This document shows, piece after piece, positions 9,128 through 20,487 of a stretch of DNA of 64,000 nt; positions within the stretch are counted from its first letter, which is position 1, and every line of letters begins with the position of its first letter. The position numbers and the translations under genes are program-made. A model generated the notes under the pieces. The model was not told the origin of the DNA. It made no database searches and worked only from the letters and a program-made list of their open reading frames with translations. The stretch is taken from assembly GCA_963731645.1 (NCBI GenBank), contig CAVSWF010000001.1, forward strand, positions 11,001-75,000. Reading direction: 5' to 3'. The stretch is from an uncultured Thermoleophilaceae bacterium. Its GTDB lineage: Bacteria; Actinomycetota; Thermoleophilia; Solirubrobacterales; Thermoleophilaceae.

Positions 9128-10150
9128 TCCCCGTAGACCTCCCCGACGAAGCGCGACAGCTCATTGGCCGCCTGGCGCACGGCGGAGACCGCGTTCGGGT
9201 AGTCCATGCGCAGCGGGCCGAGCACGCCGACGGCGCCCAGGTTGCGCCGGGCGACGCCGTAGTTGGCCACCACCATCGACAGCGAGCGCAGCTCGGGAGC
9301 GGCGTTCTCGCGCCCGATGCGCAGGTAGACGGAGGGCTCGGCGAGCGACTCGCGCAGCACCGAGAGCAGGGCCACCCGCCGCTCCAGCACGCTCATGCAG
9401 GTCGGAGAGCTGGGTGAGCTCCTGGAAGCGGTCCTCGGTGAGCAGCCGCGCGGCGCCGTCCACGAACAGGGTGTCGCCCGCCGTGTCCTCGAGGTCGGTG
9501 AAGGCCGGCGTCAGGGTCTCCAGGAAGGCCCGCTCACCCGAGCCGAGCTCGGGGTCGGTGAGCTTCGCCGCGAGCATCCGCGCGCCCACGTCCATGCCGC
9601 CGAGGGCCTCGTTGAGGTAGGAGCCCGCCCACTCGACCAGGCCGGAGTCCAGCGGCCTGTCGTAGGAGATGAGGCGCTTGGTGACCCCGCCGGTCGAGGT
9701 GATCACCACCACCATCGCCACCTGGGGCTGCAGCGGCAGGACCTCCACGCGGTGGATGGTGGCCGTCTCGATCGGCGGCGCGGACACCAGCGCGAGGAGG
9801 TCGGTGACCTGCGAGAGCTGCTCGGTGGTCGCCCTCATGGCGTCCTCGAGCTCGCGGCGCACGTCGGTGAGCTCGAGCGGCTTGCGGATCGCGGGCAGCT
9901 CGCCCTCCTCGAGGAGCTCGTCCACGTAGAGGCGGTAGCCCGTGTCGGTGGGCACCCGTCCGGCCGAGGTGTGCGGGTGAGCCAGCATGCCGGCCTCCTC
10001 CAGGCGGGCGAACTCGGCGCGGACGGTCGAGGGGCCCCAGGGCACGTCGTCGAGCTCGGCGAGCCACTTGGAGCCGACGGGGTTCCCGAGCTCCTGGTGG
10101 CCCTCGACGACCTTGCGCAGGATGAAGCTCTGGCGGGGGGTGATCTGCAC
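9124..10150 (-). CDS. hrcA: Heat-inducible transcription repressor HrcA, with one frame change near 9395
   Basis: Track 9161..10150 ([16 protein letters not shown]...[16 protein letters not shown]) continues in track 9124..9396 (...[13 protein letters not shown]). There is a 4-nt overlap with the dnaJ start. Confidence 0.85.
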
Positions 10151-10182
10151 GTCGTGAAGGTTAGGCGCCCCGCCCGGTGCGA

Positions 10183-10569
10183 TCAGCGGAGTGACAGCTC
10201 GGCCTCGGCGTTGCGGATGATGCCGTTGCCGCCCTGCTCGGCCACGGTGTCCACCACCGCCCGTCCCTCGCCCGCCTCCTTGACCGTGCCCGTGACCGTG
10301 ATCTCCTGCTCGGGCATGCCCATGCCGCGGAACTGGACCGTGAGGCGCCTCAGCGAGCGGGGGTCGCCGCCGGCGGCCGCGGCGTTGGCCCTCGCCACCT
10401 GGGCCATCGAGTAGAGCCCGTGGAGGATGTTGCCGGGCAGCCCCACCTGCTTCGCGAACTCGGGGTCGATGTGGATCGGGTTGAAGTCGCCCGACGCGCC
10501 CGCGTAGCGGTGCGGGAGGTACTTGTCGGGGGTCACCTTCAGCTCGGGGATGCTGTCGCCCTCGGTCAT
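10183..10569 (-). CDS. MaoC-family (R)-hydratase/dehydratase, HadB-like subunit
   Basis: MTEGDSIPELKV...YAGASGDFNPIHIDPEFAK...ILHG hot-dog hydratase motif. ATG at 10569 overlaps the upstream stop (ATGA). Confidence 0.8.
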   Translation of the reverse strand: MTEGDSIPELKVTPDKYLPHRYAGASGDFNPIHIDPEFAKQVGLPGNILHGLYSMAQVARANAAAAGGDPRSLRRLTVQFRGMGMPEQEITVTGTVKEAGEGRAVVDTVAEQGGNGIIRNAEAELSLR

Positions 10570-11006
10570 ACGCCCCTCACGATGTTGGTCCAGGTGCCGC
10601 GCACCACCTCGGCGCCGTCCTGGTTGGTGGACACCGACTCGAACACGTAGAAGCCCTTGCCGTCCTTCTCGGAGATGTCCTTGACCTCGGCGGTCGTGGA
10701 GATCGCGTCGCCCGCGCACACGGGCTCGCCCCACACGAACTCCTGTCCACCGTGCACCATCGCGGCGAAGTTCATCTTCACCTCGGGATCGAAGATGGCC
10801 GGCGCCATGGCCCCCGCCGAGTAGACGACGGCGAACATGGGAGGCGCGGGGATGTCGCGAAATCCGGCGGCCCGGGCGGCCTCGCGGTCGAAGTAGACCT
10901 CGTTGTCCTCGCCCACCGCGTGGGCGTACTCGCGGATCTTCTCCTTGCCCACCTCGTACTCGAAGGGCGGGAACTTCTTTCCTTTGGCGGAGGCGTCGAC
11001 CGGCAT
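10566..11006 (-). CDS. MaoC-like dehydratase N-terminal-type subunit (HadA-like)
   Basis: Intact 146-aa ORF with FEYEVGKEKIREYAHAVGEDN...MVHGGQEF, translationally coupled to the next hot-dog protein. Confidence 0.75.
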   Translation of the reverse strand: MPVDASAKGKKFPPFEYEVGKEKIREYAHAVGEDNEVYFDREAARAAGFRDIPAPPMFAVVYSAGAMAPAIFDPEVKMNFAAMVHGGQEFVWGEPVCAGDAISTTAEVKDISEKDGKGFYVFESVSTNQDGAEVVRGTWTNIVRGV

Positions 11007-11030
11007 CGAGCCGGAGTCTACGAAAGCGGC

Positions 11031-11894
11031 TCAGGCGACTTCGCGGAGGCCCTGGGCCTCGGCGAGCGAGCCGAGCTTGCGCATCGCGTGCTCCTCCACC
11101 TGGCGGGTGCGCTCGCGGGTCAGCCCGAACATCCGGCCGACCTCGTCGAGCGTGCGCGGCGACTCGCCGAACAGGCCGTGGCGCAGCTCGAGCACGCGAC
11201 GCTCGCGGTAGGAGAGGTTCTCGAGGGCCTCGGCCAGCCGGTCGCGCACGAGCGCGTCGGCGGCGGCGTCGAAGGGGGATACGGCGCCCTCGTCGGGGAT
11301 CAGGTGGCCCAGCTCGGCGGCGTCGTCGTCGCCTGCCCCGACGGGCTTGTCCAGCGAGACGGGCGCCCGGGAGGCGCGGAGCAGGAAGTCGGCCTCGTCC
11401 ACGTCGATGTCCACGTTGGCCGCGGCGAGGATGTCCTCCACCGACGGCTCACCCTCGCCCACCGACTGGAGCCTGCGCTGCGCGCCGTCGAGCTTCTGGA
11501 GGGTCTGGTTGATGTGGATCGGTATGCGGATGGTCCGCGACTTGTCCGCGATGGCGCGGGAGATCGCCTGGCGGATCCACCAGGTCGCGTAGGTCGAGAA
11601 CTTGAAGCCCTTGCGGTAGTCGAACTTCTCGACGGCGCGCACCAGGCCGATCGAGCCCTCCTGGATCAGGTCCATGAAGGGCAGCCCCTGGTTGCGGTAG
11701 CGCTTGGCGATCGACACGACCAGGCGCAGGTTGGCCTGCACCATGCGGTCCTTGGCGTCCAGATCGCCCCTCTCGACGCGCTTGGAGAGCTCAACCTCCT
11801 CGGCGGCGGTCAGCAGCCGCGTCTTGGCGATTCCGTCCAGGAACAGCTGGAGCGAGTCGAGCGTGGGATCTGGTGCGAGTTCGGTCGTAGCCAC
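11031..11894 (-). CDS. RNA polymerase sigma-70 family factor (group 1/2-like, lacking a long region 1.1)
   Basis: Intact 287 aa. Region 2 is [12 protein letters not shown]...[21 protein letters not shown]. Region 4.2 is [27 protein letters not shown]. Confidence 0.9.
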   Translation of the reverse strand: MATTELAPDPTLDSLQLFLDGIAKTRLLTAAEEVELSKRVERGDLDAKDRMVQANLRLVVSIAKRYRNQGLPFMDLIQEGSIGLVRAVEKFDYRKGFKFSTYATWWIRQAISRAIADKSRTIRIPIHINQTLQKLDGAQRRLQSVGEGEPSVEDILAAANVDIDVDEADFLLRASRAPVSLDKPVGAGDDDAAELGHLIPDEGAVSPFDAAADALVRDRLAEALENLSYRERRVLELRHGLFGESPRTLDEVGRMFGLTRERTRQVEEHAMRKLGSLAEAQGLREVA

Positions 11895-11943
11895 GGTTGG
11901 CGAAGTTACGGGTGCGCTCTAAAGGCTTCCTAAGGGCCTTTTC

Positions 11944-11962
11944 GGCACTGCAAGCCAGTGCC
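11944..11962 (-). terminator. Hairpin after lepA (weak terminator candidate)
   Basis: GGCACTG-caagc-CAGTGCC, 36 nt downstream of the lepA stop and upstream of the sigma gene start. Confidence 0.3.
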
Positions 11963-11997
11963 CTTCCCGAATCAGGGTCTATCGGCGCGAGGTGCGC

Positions 11998-13809
11998 TCA
12001 ATCACCATCGCCGATCTCCAGGACGGACAGAAAGGCCTCCTGGGGCACCTCGATGCGGCCCACCTGCTTCATCCGCTTCTTGCCCTCCTTCTGCTTCTCC
12101 AGGAGCTTCTTCTTGCGGGTTATGTCCCCTCCGTAGCACTTCGCGATCACGTCCTTGCGCATCGGCTTGACCGACTCGCGGGCGATGATCTTGGAGCCGA
12201 TCGAGGCCTGGATCGCCACCTCGAACTGCTGGCGCGGGATCTGCTTCTGGAGCCGCTCGGCTATCCCCCGCCCGGTGGTGTAGGCCTTGTCGCGGTGCAC
12301 GACCATCGACAGGGCGTCCACCTGGTCGCCGGCCAGCAGGATGTCGAGCTTGACCAGCTCGGAGGGCTTCATGCCGGTGAGCTCGTAGTCGAGCGACGCG
12401 TAGCCCCTCGTCCGCGACTTGAGCTGGTCGAAGAAGTCGAGCACGATCTCGGCCAGCGGCAGGTCGTACTGGATCTGCACCCGCTGCTCTGACAGGAAGC
12501 TCATGCCGGCGTGGATCCCCCGGCGTTCCTGGCACAGCTCCATGACCGGCCCCACGGCGTCCTTGGGACACAGGACGGTGGCCCGGATGTACGGCTCGCG
12601 GATCTCCTCGATGCGCTCGCGCTCGGGCATCTCCGAGGGCGCGTGGACAGTGCGCTCCTCCCCGTTGGTGAGCGTCACCTCGTACTCCACCGTGGGGGTG
12701 GTCGCCAGCAGCTCGAGGTCGTACTCGCGCTCCAGGCGCTCGCGCACGATGTCCATGTGCAGCAGCCCGAGGAAGCCGCAGCGAAAGCCGAACCCGAGCG
12801 CGTGGCTGGTCTCGGGCTCATACGACAGTGCCGCGTCGTTCAGCGCCAGCTTCTCCAGCGCGTCGCGGAGGTCCGAGAAGCGGTCGGTGTCGACCGGGAA
12901 GAGGCCGCAGAAGACCATCGGCTTGACCTCGCGGTAGCCCGGAAGGGCCTCGGCGGCGCCGCTCGCGCGCGTGGTCAGGGTGTCGCCCACCCTCAGCAGC
13001 GAGACGTCCTTCATGCCCGTGATGAGGTAGCCCACCTCCCCGGCCGCGAGAGAGTCCACGGGGGTCATCCGGGGGCCGAAGAAGCCGATCTCGTCGATGT
13101 CGGCCTCGGTGCCCGTCTGCATGGCGACGATCGCGTCGCCCTTCTTCAGGCGCCCGTCGACCACCCGGACGTAGGCCACGACCCCCCGGTACTGATCGAA
13201 CTCCGAGTCGAAGATCAGCGCGCGGGCGGGGCCGTCGGGGTCCCCGCTCGGCGGCGGCACCCGGCTCACGATCGCCTCCAGCACCTCGGTGATCCCCACG
13301 CCCGACTTCGCGGACATGCGCAGGACCTCCTCGGCCGGGTCTCCGAGCAGCTCGGCGATCTCCCCCGCCACCCGCTCGGGCTCGGCGCCGGGCAGGTCGA
13401 TCTTGTTCAGCGCCGGGATCAGCTCGAGGCCGGCGTCCACGGCGAGGTAGGTGTTGGCCAGGGTCTGGGCCTCCACCCCCTGGGCCGCGTCCACCACCAG
13501 CAGCGCGCCGTCGCATGCGGCGAGCGAGCGCGAGACCTCGTAGGTGAAGTCCACGTGGCCGGGGGTGTCGATCAGGTGCAGGCGGTAGGTCTCGCCGTCC
13601 TTCGCCTCGTACTCCACGCGCACGGCCTGGGCCTTGATGGTGATTCCCCGCTCGCGCTCGAGGTCCATCGAGTCCAGCAGCTGCGGGCGGTGCTCGCGGG
13701 CGTCCACCGCGCCGGTGGCCTCGAGGATGCGGTCGGCCAGGGTCGACTTCCCGTGGTCGATGTGGGCGATGATCGAGAAGTTGCGGATGTTCTGGGCAGG
13801 CGAGGCCAC
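11998..13809 (-). CDS. lepA: Elongation factor 4 (LepA), intact
   Basis: 603-aa single ORF with [32 protein letters not shown], and a LepA-specific C-terminus. Confidence 0.95.
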   Translation of the reverse strand: MASPAQNIRNFSIIAHIDHGKSTLADRILEATGAVDAREHRPQLLDSMDLERERGITIKAQAVRVEYEAKDGETYRLHLIDTPGHVDFTYEVSRSLAACDGALLVVDAAQGVEAQTLANTYLAVDAGLELIPALNKIDLPGAEPERVAGEIAELLGDPAEEVLRMSAKSGVGITEVLEAIVSRVPPPSGDPDGPARALIFDSEFDQYRGVVAYVRVVDGRLKKGDAIVAMQTGTEADIDEIGFFGPRMTPVDSLAAGEVGYLITGMKDVSLLRVGDTLTTRASGAAEALPGYREVKPMVFCGLFPVDTDRFSDLRDALEKLALNDAALSYEPETSHALGFGFRCGFLGLLHMDIVRERLEREYDLELLATTPTVEYEVTLTNGEERTVHAPSEMPERERIEEIREPYIRATVLCPKDAVGPVMELCQERRGIHAGMSFLSEQRVQIQYDLPLAEIVLDFFDQLKSRTRGYASLDYELTGMKPSELVKLDILLAGDQVDALSMVVHRDKAYTTGRGIAERLQKQIPRQQFEVAIQASIGSKIIARESVKPMRKDVIAKCYGGDITRKKKLLEKQKEGKKRMKQVGRIEVPQEAFLSVLEIGDGD

Positions 13810-13847
13810 GGGCCCCTCAGGTTAGGCGCGGCGCCGGACCGCCGCTC

Positions 13848-14275
13848 TCAAGAGCGCGGGCGGGATGCCCGCAAGAGCAGGTCGACCTGTTCCTGCTTGC
13901 GCATGATCATGTGCTCGAGGCGGTGCTCCATCGCCTCCGAGGCGGCTTCGCGGCCCGTCGGAGCGATCGAGTCCTGGAGCTCCTCGAGGACCTCGGTCTC
14001 GGACTCGATCAGCCATTCGACCGCCCTCTGCGGGGTCCTCCACGTAGCGCAGCTCGGCGATCTCGGCCGTCGGCTCGCCGCCGATGGCGATGATCTTCTC
14101 GACGAGGTGGCGGGCGTCGTCGAGGTCCGCCTGGGCGAAACGGGCGAGCTCCGCGCCCAGCCCCTGGTACTCGAAGCCCGTCAGGCTGCCGGCGGTCAGG
14201 GTGTACTGCGAGCGCCGAGCGGTACTGGCAGCGAAGAGCCTCGTTGAGCTCCTTCACCTGCTCCTCGACCTCCAT
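13848..14275 (-). CDS. Ferritin-like (bacterioferritin-fold) protein, with about 2 frame changes
   Basis: My translation: MEVEEQVKELNEAL..., FEYQGLGAELARFAQADLDDARHLVEKIIAIGGEP, AVEWLIESETEVLEELQDSI...MEHRLEHMIMRKQEQV. ATG at 14273-14275, TGA at 13848-13850. Confidence 0.55.
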
Positions 14276-14456
14276 CCGTTCCTTCTCGTCCGGCACGGGC
14301 CCTCCTCGCCGTCCCCAGAGTGCGCTGAGGCCGACACGATACGCGCGCCTGGGGATAGCCTTGCGCGCGTGACAGCGCCACCGCCACGAGCCAGGCCGCG
14401 CGGCCTCGCGATGGACACCCACCGGGCGATCGAGGCCGGAGTCGGAGTCACGCTGC

Positions 14457-14765
14457 ATGGTGCTGCCCTTCCTGCTGCGCTACCTGCTGCTGGACAGCAC
14501 GGTGGACTTCTCCACCGGCGCCCTCATCGTGTGCGCCGTGCTGGGGTTCTGCGCCGCGACGCTCGGGTTCACGGGGACGCGCGAGGGCCTCGACGTATCG
14601 GGGCGGAGCCACAAGACCTTCGACCGCGTGCTGCTCGTGGCCATGGTGGCGGCCCTCCTGTTCTTCTCGACGCAGGGTGAGCTCGTGACCGTGGTCCTGC
14701 TCGGCGCGGCTGCCCTGGTCTACGGGGTGCTCGTGACCTTCACCCGCTACACGTCACGGGTCTGA
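14457..14765 (+). CDS. Small integral membrane protein (three hydrophobic segments), function unknown
   Basis: Intact 102-aa ORF ending 2 nt before the DJ-1 start. No family recognised. Confidence 0.5.
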   Translation: MVLPFLLRYLLLDSTVDFSTGALIVCAVLGFCAATLGFTGTREGLDVSGRSHKTFDRVLLVAMVAALLFFSTQGELVTVVLLGAAALVYGVLVTFTRYTSRV

Positions 14766-14767
14766 CC

Positions 14768-15412
14768 ATGGAGATCGCCATCCCCCTGTTCGACAGCTTC
14801 ACCGCCCTCGACGCGGTGGGGCCCTACCAGGTGCTCTCGGGGCTGCCGGGCGCCCGCGTGCGCTTTCTCGCCGCCGAGCCCGGCCCGGTGCACGCCGACA
14901 ACCGGATGCTCACCCTCGTGGCGGAGGGACGCTACGAGGACTGCCCCCGCCCCGAGGTCCTGCTGTTCCCGGGCGGGATCGGCACCCGGGCGCTGCTCGA
15001 CGACCGGCGGGTGCTCGACTGGGTCCGCGCGGCGCACGAGACGTCGGTGTACACGACCTCCGTCTGCACGGGATCGCTGGTGCTCGGCGCGGCGGGCGTG
15101 CTCGAGGACACCGACGCGACGACGCACTGGCTCGAGCTCGACACCCTCGGGTCGCTCGGCGCGAACCCGGTGTCCGAGCGGGTGGTGGAGCGCGGGAAGA
15201 TCATCACCGCCGCCGGCGTCTCGGCGGGGATCGACATGGCCCTGCGACTCGCGGAGCTGATCGCCGGCGCGGACGTGGCGCAGGCCATCCAGCTGGCGAT
15301 CGAGTACGACCCCCAGCCTCCGTTCGACGCCGGCTCCCCCGCGAAGGCGCCCGAGGAGATCGTGACGCTCGTGCGCGGGGTGATGTCGAAGATGGAGACG
15401 CCCGCCGGTCTA
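14768..15412 (+). CDS. DJ-1/PfpI family protein; 3' end approximate
   Basis: MEIAIPLFDSFTALDAVGPY and the nucleophile elbow TSVCTGSLVLGAAG. The track ORF runs on to 15838 antisense to murJ, so the real stop was probably lost to an indel near 15400. Confidence 0.75.
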
Positions 15413-16991
15413 GGCGTTGCGTCCGGGGATGAGGCGCGCGATCTGGCGCGCCTCGGGGATGCGCAGGACCCACACCGCGGCCGCGTACACGGCGACACCG
15501 GCCGCGATCGCCGCGCCCACCGCCAGCGCCTGCGCCGCGAACGAGTCGCCCAGCGCGGAGTCGAGCGCCCACCAGGCCCCGTAGGCCGTGCCGCCCAGGA
15601 GCGCCGAGGCGCCGAGCATCCGGGCGCCGGCGGCCAGGGTCCGTGCCGCCTCCACCCCGCCGAGGTCGCGGCGCAGCAGCGCGCCCTGGGCGACGGTCAT
15701 CACGAGCGTCCCGGCCACGGTCCCGATCACGATCCCCGCGATCCCGAAGGGCTTGTAGAGCGCGAGCGCCACGATCGTGTTGACCACCATGTTCGCCGCC
15801 GCCAGCGCCGGTGGTGGCCCATGGTTTCTGGAGGCTGAAGAACGTGCGCGAGAAGAGCAGGCTCACCCCCTGGAAGGGCAGCGAGATCGACCACCACACC
15901 AGCGCGGTCGCCACGAGCTCGGTGGCGCCGGCGTCGAACTCGCCGCGCTCGTAGAGCAGCCGGGTGATCGGCTCGGCCAGCACCGCCATGAGCACCGCGC
16001 TCGGGATGAGCAGGAGGCCGATCTGGCGCACCCCGTTGGCCATCGTGGCGCGCAGGTCGTCCGTGGCGCCGCGGGTGGCGAGCCTCGCGAGCGTGGGGAA
16101 CAGGATCGTGGCGATGGAGATCGAGAACAGGCCCTGGGGAAGCTGGTAGATCCGAAACGCCTTGTCGATCGCCGCCGGCGCCTCGTCGCTCACCAGGGTC
16201 CCCACCAGCGAGTTGATCAGCAGGCTGAGGTTGATCATCCCCAGCGCGATGGTCACGGGCAGCATGAGCTTGAGGACCCTGCGCACCCGCTCGTTGCGCC
16301 AGTCGAGGGTCAGGGTCAGCCGGCCCCCGCGCCCGCGCAGCCAGGGCAGCGGAAGCAGGAACTGGACCAGGGTGCCCGCGAGCACGCCGATGGCGTAGGC
16401 GTAGATCTGGTCCTCCTCCGGGAACGCCGGCGTGAGGCCCACGAGCGCCGCGATGATCACCAGGTTCCAGGCCACGGGCGCCAGGGCGGGCACGGAGAAG
16501 TGCTCGAAGGAGTTGAGCATGCCCACCACGAGGCCCGACAGCGCGAGCATCACCACGATCGGGAAGAGCAGCTGGGCGAGGTTGACCGTGAGCTCGGCCA
16601 GGCGCGGGTCGTCGTCGAACCCCGGGGCGAACAGCGACATCAGCGGCTCGGCCAGCACGATGAACACGGCGGTGAGGGCCCCGAGCGCCAGGGCGATCAG
16701 GAAGAAGAGCGTCGACGCCACCCGGAAGGCCTCGCGCCGCTCGCCCTTCTCGAGGAGCTCGGTGAACACGGGGACGAAGGCGCCCTGCAGGGCCGAGTCC
16801 GCGAACAGGGCCCGCACCAGGTTGGGCACCTGGAAGGCGATGGTGAACGCCGACATCGCGCCGCTCACCCCGAAGGCGCTCGCCGCGACGACCTCCCGGA
16901 CGAGGCCGAGCACCCGCGAGAGACCGGTGGCGACGGAGAAGAAGGCTGCGCTACGGGCGAGGCGTCCGCCGCGCCGTTGCTCGGTGCTCAC
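15410..16991 (-). CDS. murJ: Lipid II flippase MurJ (MviN), with one frame change near 15800
   Basis: Track 15204..16991 (LSRVLGLVREVVAASAFG...YQLPQGLFSISIATILFP) continues in track 15410..15790 (VVNTIVALALYKPFGIAG...). Confidence 0.85.
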
Positions 16992-17052
16992 CTCGCGCTA
17001 CACTCAGGCGCACGCCGCGAAGGACGGTCGTCCTCGCGGTTTCTTTGCGCAT

Positions 17053-17313
17053 ATGGCCAACATCGCCTCACAAGAAAAGCGGATCCACCGGTCTGAGCGG
17101 GAGCGGCTCGAGAACCGCCGCTACACCTCCTCGGTGAAGACCTCGCTTCGCCGCCTCGAGGCGGCGGTCGCCGGCGGCGAGCCCGAGGCGGCCGAGGAGG
17201 CCTACCGCACCGTCTGCTCGCGCATCGACCGCGCGGTGCGCTCCGGCGCGTTCCACCGCAACACCGGCGCCCGCAAGAAGGCGCGCGCCGCGCGCCTGCG
17301 GGCCAAGCTCTAA
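17053..17313 (+). CDS. rpsT: 30S ribosomal protein S20
   Basis: MANIASQEKRIHRSERERLENRRYTSSVKT... ATG at 17053 inside track ORF 16432..17313. Confidence 0.95.
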   Translation: MANIASQEKRIHRSERERLENRRYTSSVKTSLRRLEAAVAGGEPEAAEEAYRTVCSRIDRAVRSGAFHRNTGARKKARAARLRAKL

Positions 17314-17350
17314 CCCTCTCGGACAGGTCCCGCCGGGGCTCTCGCCGCCG

Positions 17351-18805
17351 ATGGAGACGCGCCTGCTGATCGCCGGAGAGCAGGTGCCCGGCGAGGGCGT
17401 GGCGCTCTCGGTCGAGAATCCGGCCACCGAGGAGACGCTCGCCGAGGTGGGCGGCGCGTCGGTCGCCCAGGTCGGCGCCGCGGTCGCCGCGGCCAGGGAG
17501 GCGGCCCGCGCCTGGGCGGACACGCCGGCCGCCGAACGCGGCGAGATGCTCCACGAGGTGGCGGCACGCCTGCGGGGGTCGTCGGACGAGCTGGCCCGCG
17601 TGCTCACGCTGGAGGGCGGCAAGCCGCTCGTCGAGAACATCGACGAGGTCGGCTGGACGGCCGCCGCCTTCGACTTCTACGCGGAGATCGGTCGCAACTT
17701 CGCCGGACGGGTGATTCCCCCGATCGAGTCGAGCCAGCTCGCCATGGTGCTCAAGGAGCCGATGGGCGTGGTGGGAGCGATCGTGCCGTGGAACTACCCG
17801 TTGCTCCTGCTCGCGTGGAAGCTGGCGCCCGCGCTGGCCGCCGGGAACGCGGTGGTGTGCAAGCCCTCCGAGGTCACGCCGATCTCGACCCTGATGCTGG
17901 CGCCGTGCCTCGATCACCTGCCGGCCGGCGTGGTCTCGCTGCTGGCCGGGGCGGGCGAGGTCGGCGAGGCCATCGTGGGCGACGAGCGGGTCGACTGCGT
18001 GGCCTTCACGGGCTCTGTCGAGACCGGCAAGCGGATCGCGCTGCGCTGCGCCGAGCGGGTGGCGCGCATCAACCTGGAGATGGGCGGCAAGGACCCGTTC
18101 ATCGTGTGCGCCGACGTCGCAGGCGACGTGGCCGTCGCCGCCCGCGGCGGCGCGTGGGCCGCCTACCTGAACGCGGGCCAGGTGTGCACCTCCGCGGAGC
18201 GCTTCTACGTGCAGCGCGAGGTCTACGACGACTTTCTCTCGGAGTTCGTGTCCCACACGGCGACGCTGCGCGTGGGCGACCCGCTCGCGCCCGACACCGA
18301 CATCGGGCCGATGGTGTCCGCCGCGCAGCGGGCGAAGGTCGCGGCGCAGCTCGAGGCGGCGGTGGCCGCGGGCGCCGAGGTCGTGGCGGGCGGGGGCCGC
18401 TCGGGCCACGACGCCGGTCACTACTTCTCCCCCGCGGTGGTCACGGGCGCGCCCGCCGACACCGACCTCCTGCGCGAGGAGACGTTCGGGCCCGTGGCGC
18501 CGATCGTGCCCGTTCGCTCCCTGGACGAGGCGATAGAGCTGGCGAACGGGACGCGCTTCGGCCTGGGGGCGAACGTCTACACGCGCGACCTCGCGACCGC
18601 CGTGCGCTGCATGCGCGAGCTCAAGGCGGGCACCGTGTGGATCAACGACCCGCTCACCGACAACGACGCCGGGCCCTTCGGCGGTTTCAAGCAGTCGGGC
18701 CTCGGGCGCGAGCTCGGGCAGGAGGGGCTCGAGGCGTTCCAGGAGACCAAGCACGTGCACATGGAGACGCGCATCGAGGAGAAGGAGTGGTGGTACCCCT
18801 ACTGA
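17351..18805 (+). CDS. NAD(P)-dependent aldehyde dehydrogenase, intact
   Basis: 484-aa ORF with PWNYPLLL, LEMGGKDP, and catalytic Cys in NAGQVCTSAERFYV. Confidence 0.9.
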   Translation: METRLLIAGEQVPGEGVALSVENPATEETLAEVGGASVAQVGAAVAAAREAARAWADTPAAERGEMLHEVAARLRGSSDELARVLTLEGGKPLVENIDEVGWTAAAFDFYAEIGRNFAGRVIPPIESSQLAMVLKEPMGVVGAIVPWNYPLLLLAWKLAPALAAGNAVVCKPSEVTPISTLMLAPCLDHLPAGVVSLLAGAGEVGEAIVGDERVDCVAFTGSVETGKRIALRCAERVARINLEMGGKDPFIVCADVAGDVAVAARGGAWAAYLNAGQVCTSAERFYVQREVYDDFLSEFVSHTATLRVGDPLAPDTDIGPMVSAAQRAKVAAQLEAAVAAGAEVVAGGGRSGHDAGHYFSPAVVTGAPADTDLLREETFGPVAPIVPVRSLDEAIELANGTRFGLGANVYTRDLATAVRCMRELKAGTVWINDPLTDNDAGPFGGFKQSGLGRELGQEGLEAFQETKHVHMETRIEEKEWWYPY

Positions 18806-18809
18806 CGGG

Positions 18810-19767
18810 CTAAGCGGCGGCGGCCGACAGGGCCAGCGTCACGGCCGTGTCGTCGTCCAAGGCGCTGCCGTTTCGCAGCTCGAGCTCGAGGTCGGCGAAC
18901 CGCACGATCGCCCTCCGCAGGGTCTCGCGGTCGGCCTTGCGGGCTATCGCAACCGCCTTCTTGGCCTTCCACGGCGGCACGCGCATCTTCTTGGCCAGGT
19001 CCTTCTCCGCCACCCCCGAGTCGAGCAGCGCGACCACCCTGTGCACCTCGCGCAGCCGGTTGGACGACCGGGTAGACGAGGCGACCCGCGCGCTCGTCGC
19101 GACCGGCCAGCTCCTCCGCGAGCGACAGCGCCAGCTCGAGGTCGCCCGAGGCCACGGCGTCGGCCAGGTCGTAGACCTTGGGCGCCCCGTCGCCGGCGGC
19201 GTGGAGCTCGACCTCCTCGGCGCCCGCGTGGGTCTCGGGATGCACGGCGATCGCCAGCTTCTCGACCTCGCGCGCGAGTCGCTGCTGGCCCGGCCCGGCC
19301 AGGGCCACGAGCATCCGCGCGGCCTCGGCGTCGAGCCGCAGACCGGCGTCGGCGGCCCGGGCCACGACCCATTTCGGCAGCTCCCAGGGCTTCGGCGCCT
19401 CGTATGCGCGCACCTCGCCGCCCGCCGCGGTCACGGCCTTCACCAGGGCGGCCGGCGGCTTGCCGCGGACCACGAGCACGAGCACGGTGTCGGGCGGCGG
19501 GGAGGACACGGCGGGGGTCAGCTCATCGAGCGCGGCGGCCTTCCACGAGCCGACGTTGTCCACCAGCAGGTAGCGGGTGCCCGTGGCGAACGTGAGCGAG
19601 AGCAGCTCGGCGACCACGTCGCCGGGCGGGGTGGTCTGAGCGTCGAAGCTCTCGAGGCCGCCCGGTCCGTGCTCGGCCTCCGCCCGGCCCCGGACGCGCC
19701 CGCGCCACTCGTCGATCTTGGCGTCGTCTTCGCCGTGCACCAGGTAGACCGGCTTGAGGTTGGCCAC
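18810..19767 (-). CDS. holA: DNA polymerase III delta subunit (HolA), with one frame change near 19050
   Basis: GTG at 19765-19767, then VANLKPVYLVHGEDDAKIDEW... (track 18799..20376). C-terminus in track 18810..19046. The position between comEC and rpsT matches the usual Gram-positive order. Confidence 0.65.
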
Positions 19768-19778
19768 GGCTCGCGAGT

Positions 19779-20376
19779 CTAGGCAGCGGGTGCGACGCCT
19801 CCGGCGCGGACGCCGTCGAGCATCAGCTCGAGGTGACGGCGCCAGTCGAAGCCGGTGCCGGGCCCGGCGGCCGACATCGTGCTGCAGAGGCCGCACATCA
19901 GCATCGGCACGTCGTCGATCGTGAAGTCGGCGCGGATGACGCCGGCCCGCTTGCCCCGCTCGACGGTCACCGCGAAGGTGGCGTGGAGCTCGCGCGCGAG
20001 GCCCCTCCGCGTAGCTCCAGTCGGCCTCGGAGCGCCTGAGCACGTCCTGCACGGCGACGTCGGCGGCCATCAGCTCGGCGTTGCGCCGCAGCGTCCCGGC
20101 GAAGGCCTCCCACGGATCCTCGATCTCGAGCGCGTCCCGGGCGCCCTCGAGCAGGAGCCGGAACTTCTCGGCCAGCAGCTCCCCGATCAGCGCCTCCTTG
20201 GTGGGGAAGTGGCGGTAGAGGGTGCCCACCCCCAGTCCCGCCCGGCGGGCCACGTCCTCCATCTGGGCGTCCATGCCCGCCTCCTCGAAGGCGCTCCGCG
20301 CGGCCGCGACGATGCGCTCGCGGTTGCGGCGGGCGTCGGCGCGCATGGGCCGCTCGGCGGTCGCTGAGGGATCCAC
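19779..20376 (-). CDS. TetR family transcriptional regulator, with one frame change near 20000
   Basis: HTH region RERIVAAARSAFEEAGMDAQMEDVARRAGLGVGTLYRHFPTKEAL. C-terminus in track 19779..19970. Start is either GTG 20376 or ATG 20346. Confidence 0.85.
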
Positions 20377-20403
20377 GCGCCAAGAGTACCCCGATCGGTT
20401 GAC

Positions 20404-20459
20404 AAACGGAAGAGCGATTCCGTATCGTGACCGGTCGATGCGGAACGCAGGCTCCGTTT
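20404..20459. promoter_or_regulatory. Two operator-like sites in the TetR/MFS divergent intergenic region
   Basis: Site 1 (20404-20423) is AAACGGAAGAGCGATTCCGT, with the inverted repeat ACGGAA/TTCCGT. Site 2 (20440-20459) read on the other strand is AAACGGAGCCTGCGTTCCGC. Both share AAACGGA-N8-TTCCG. Confidence 0.4.
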
Positions 20460-20487
20460 ACAAGTACCCGTCCCACGAGGAGACCCG

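Noticed and set aside
10151-10182. Search for a CIRCE operator upstream of hrcA
   Set aside because: The 32-nt spacer contains no TTAGCACTC-type inverted repeat, and I did not spot one elsewhere by eye. The absence cannot be proven without a pattern search.
10183-11006. MaoC pair considered as a HadAB-type mycolic acid dehydratase
   Set aside because: Paired hot-dog dehydratases are widespread in actinobacteria. No FAS-II or mycolate genes are nearby, and the inferred lineage is not known to make mycolic acids. They are kept as generic (R)-hydratases.
12511-14247. 578-aa plus-strand ORF
   Set aside because: It is entirely antisense to the intact lepA gene and the ferritin-like gene, and its composition is low-complexity and shadow-like.
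15413-15838. C-terminal ~140-residue extension of the DJ-1/PfpI ORF
   Set aside because: It runs antisense to the murJ 3' end, is Arg/Gly-rich, and makes the protein far longer than family members. It probably reflects a lost stop.
16988-18760. 590-aa minus-strand ORF
   Set aside because: It is antisense to rpsT and the intact aldehyde dehydrogenase, and its sequence is Arg/Gly-rich.
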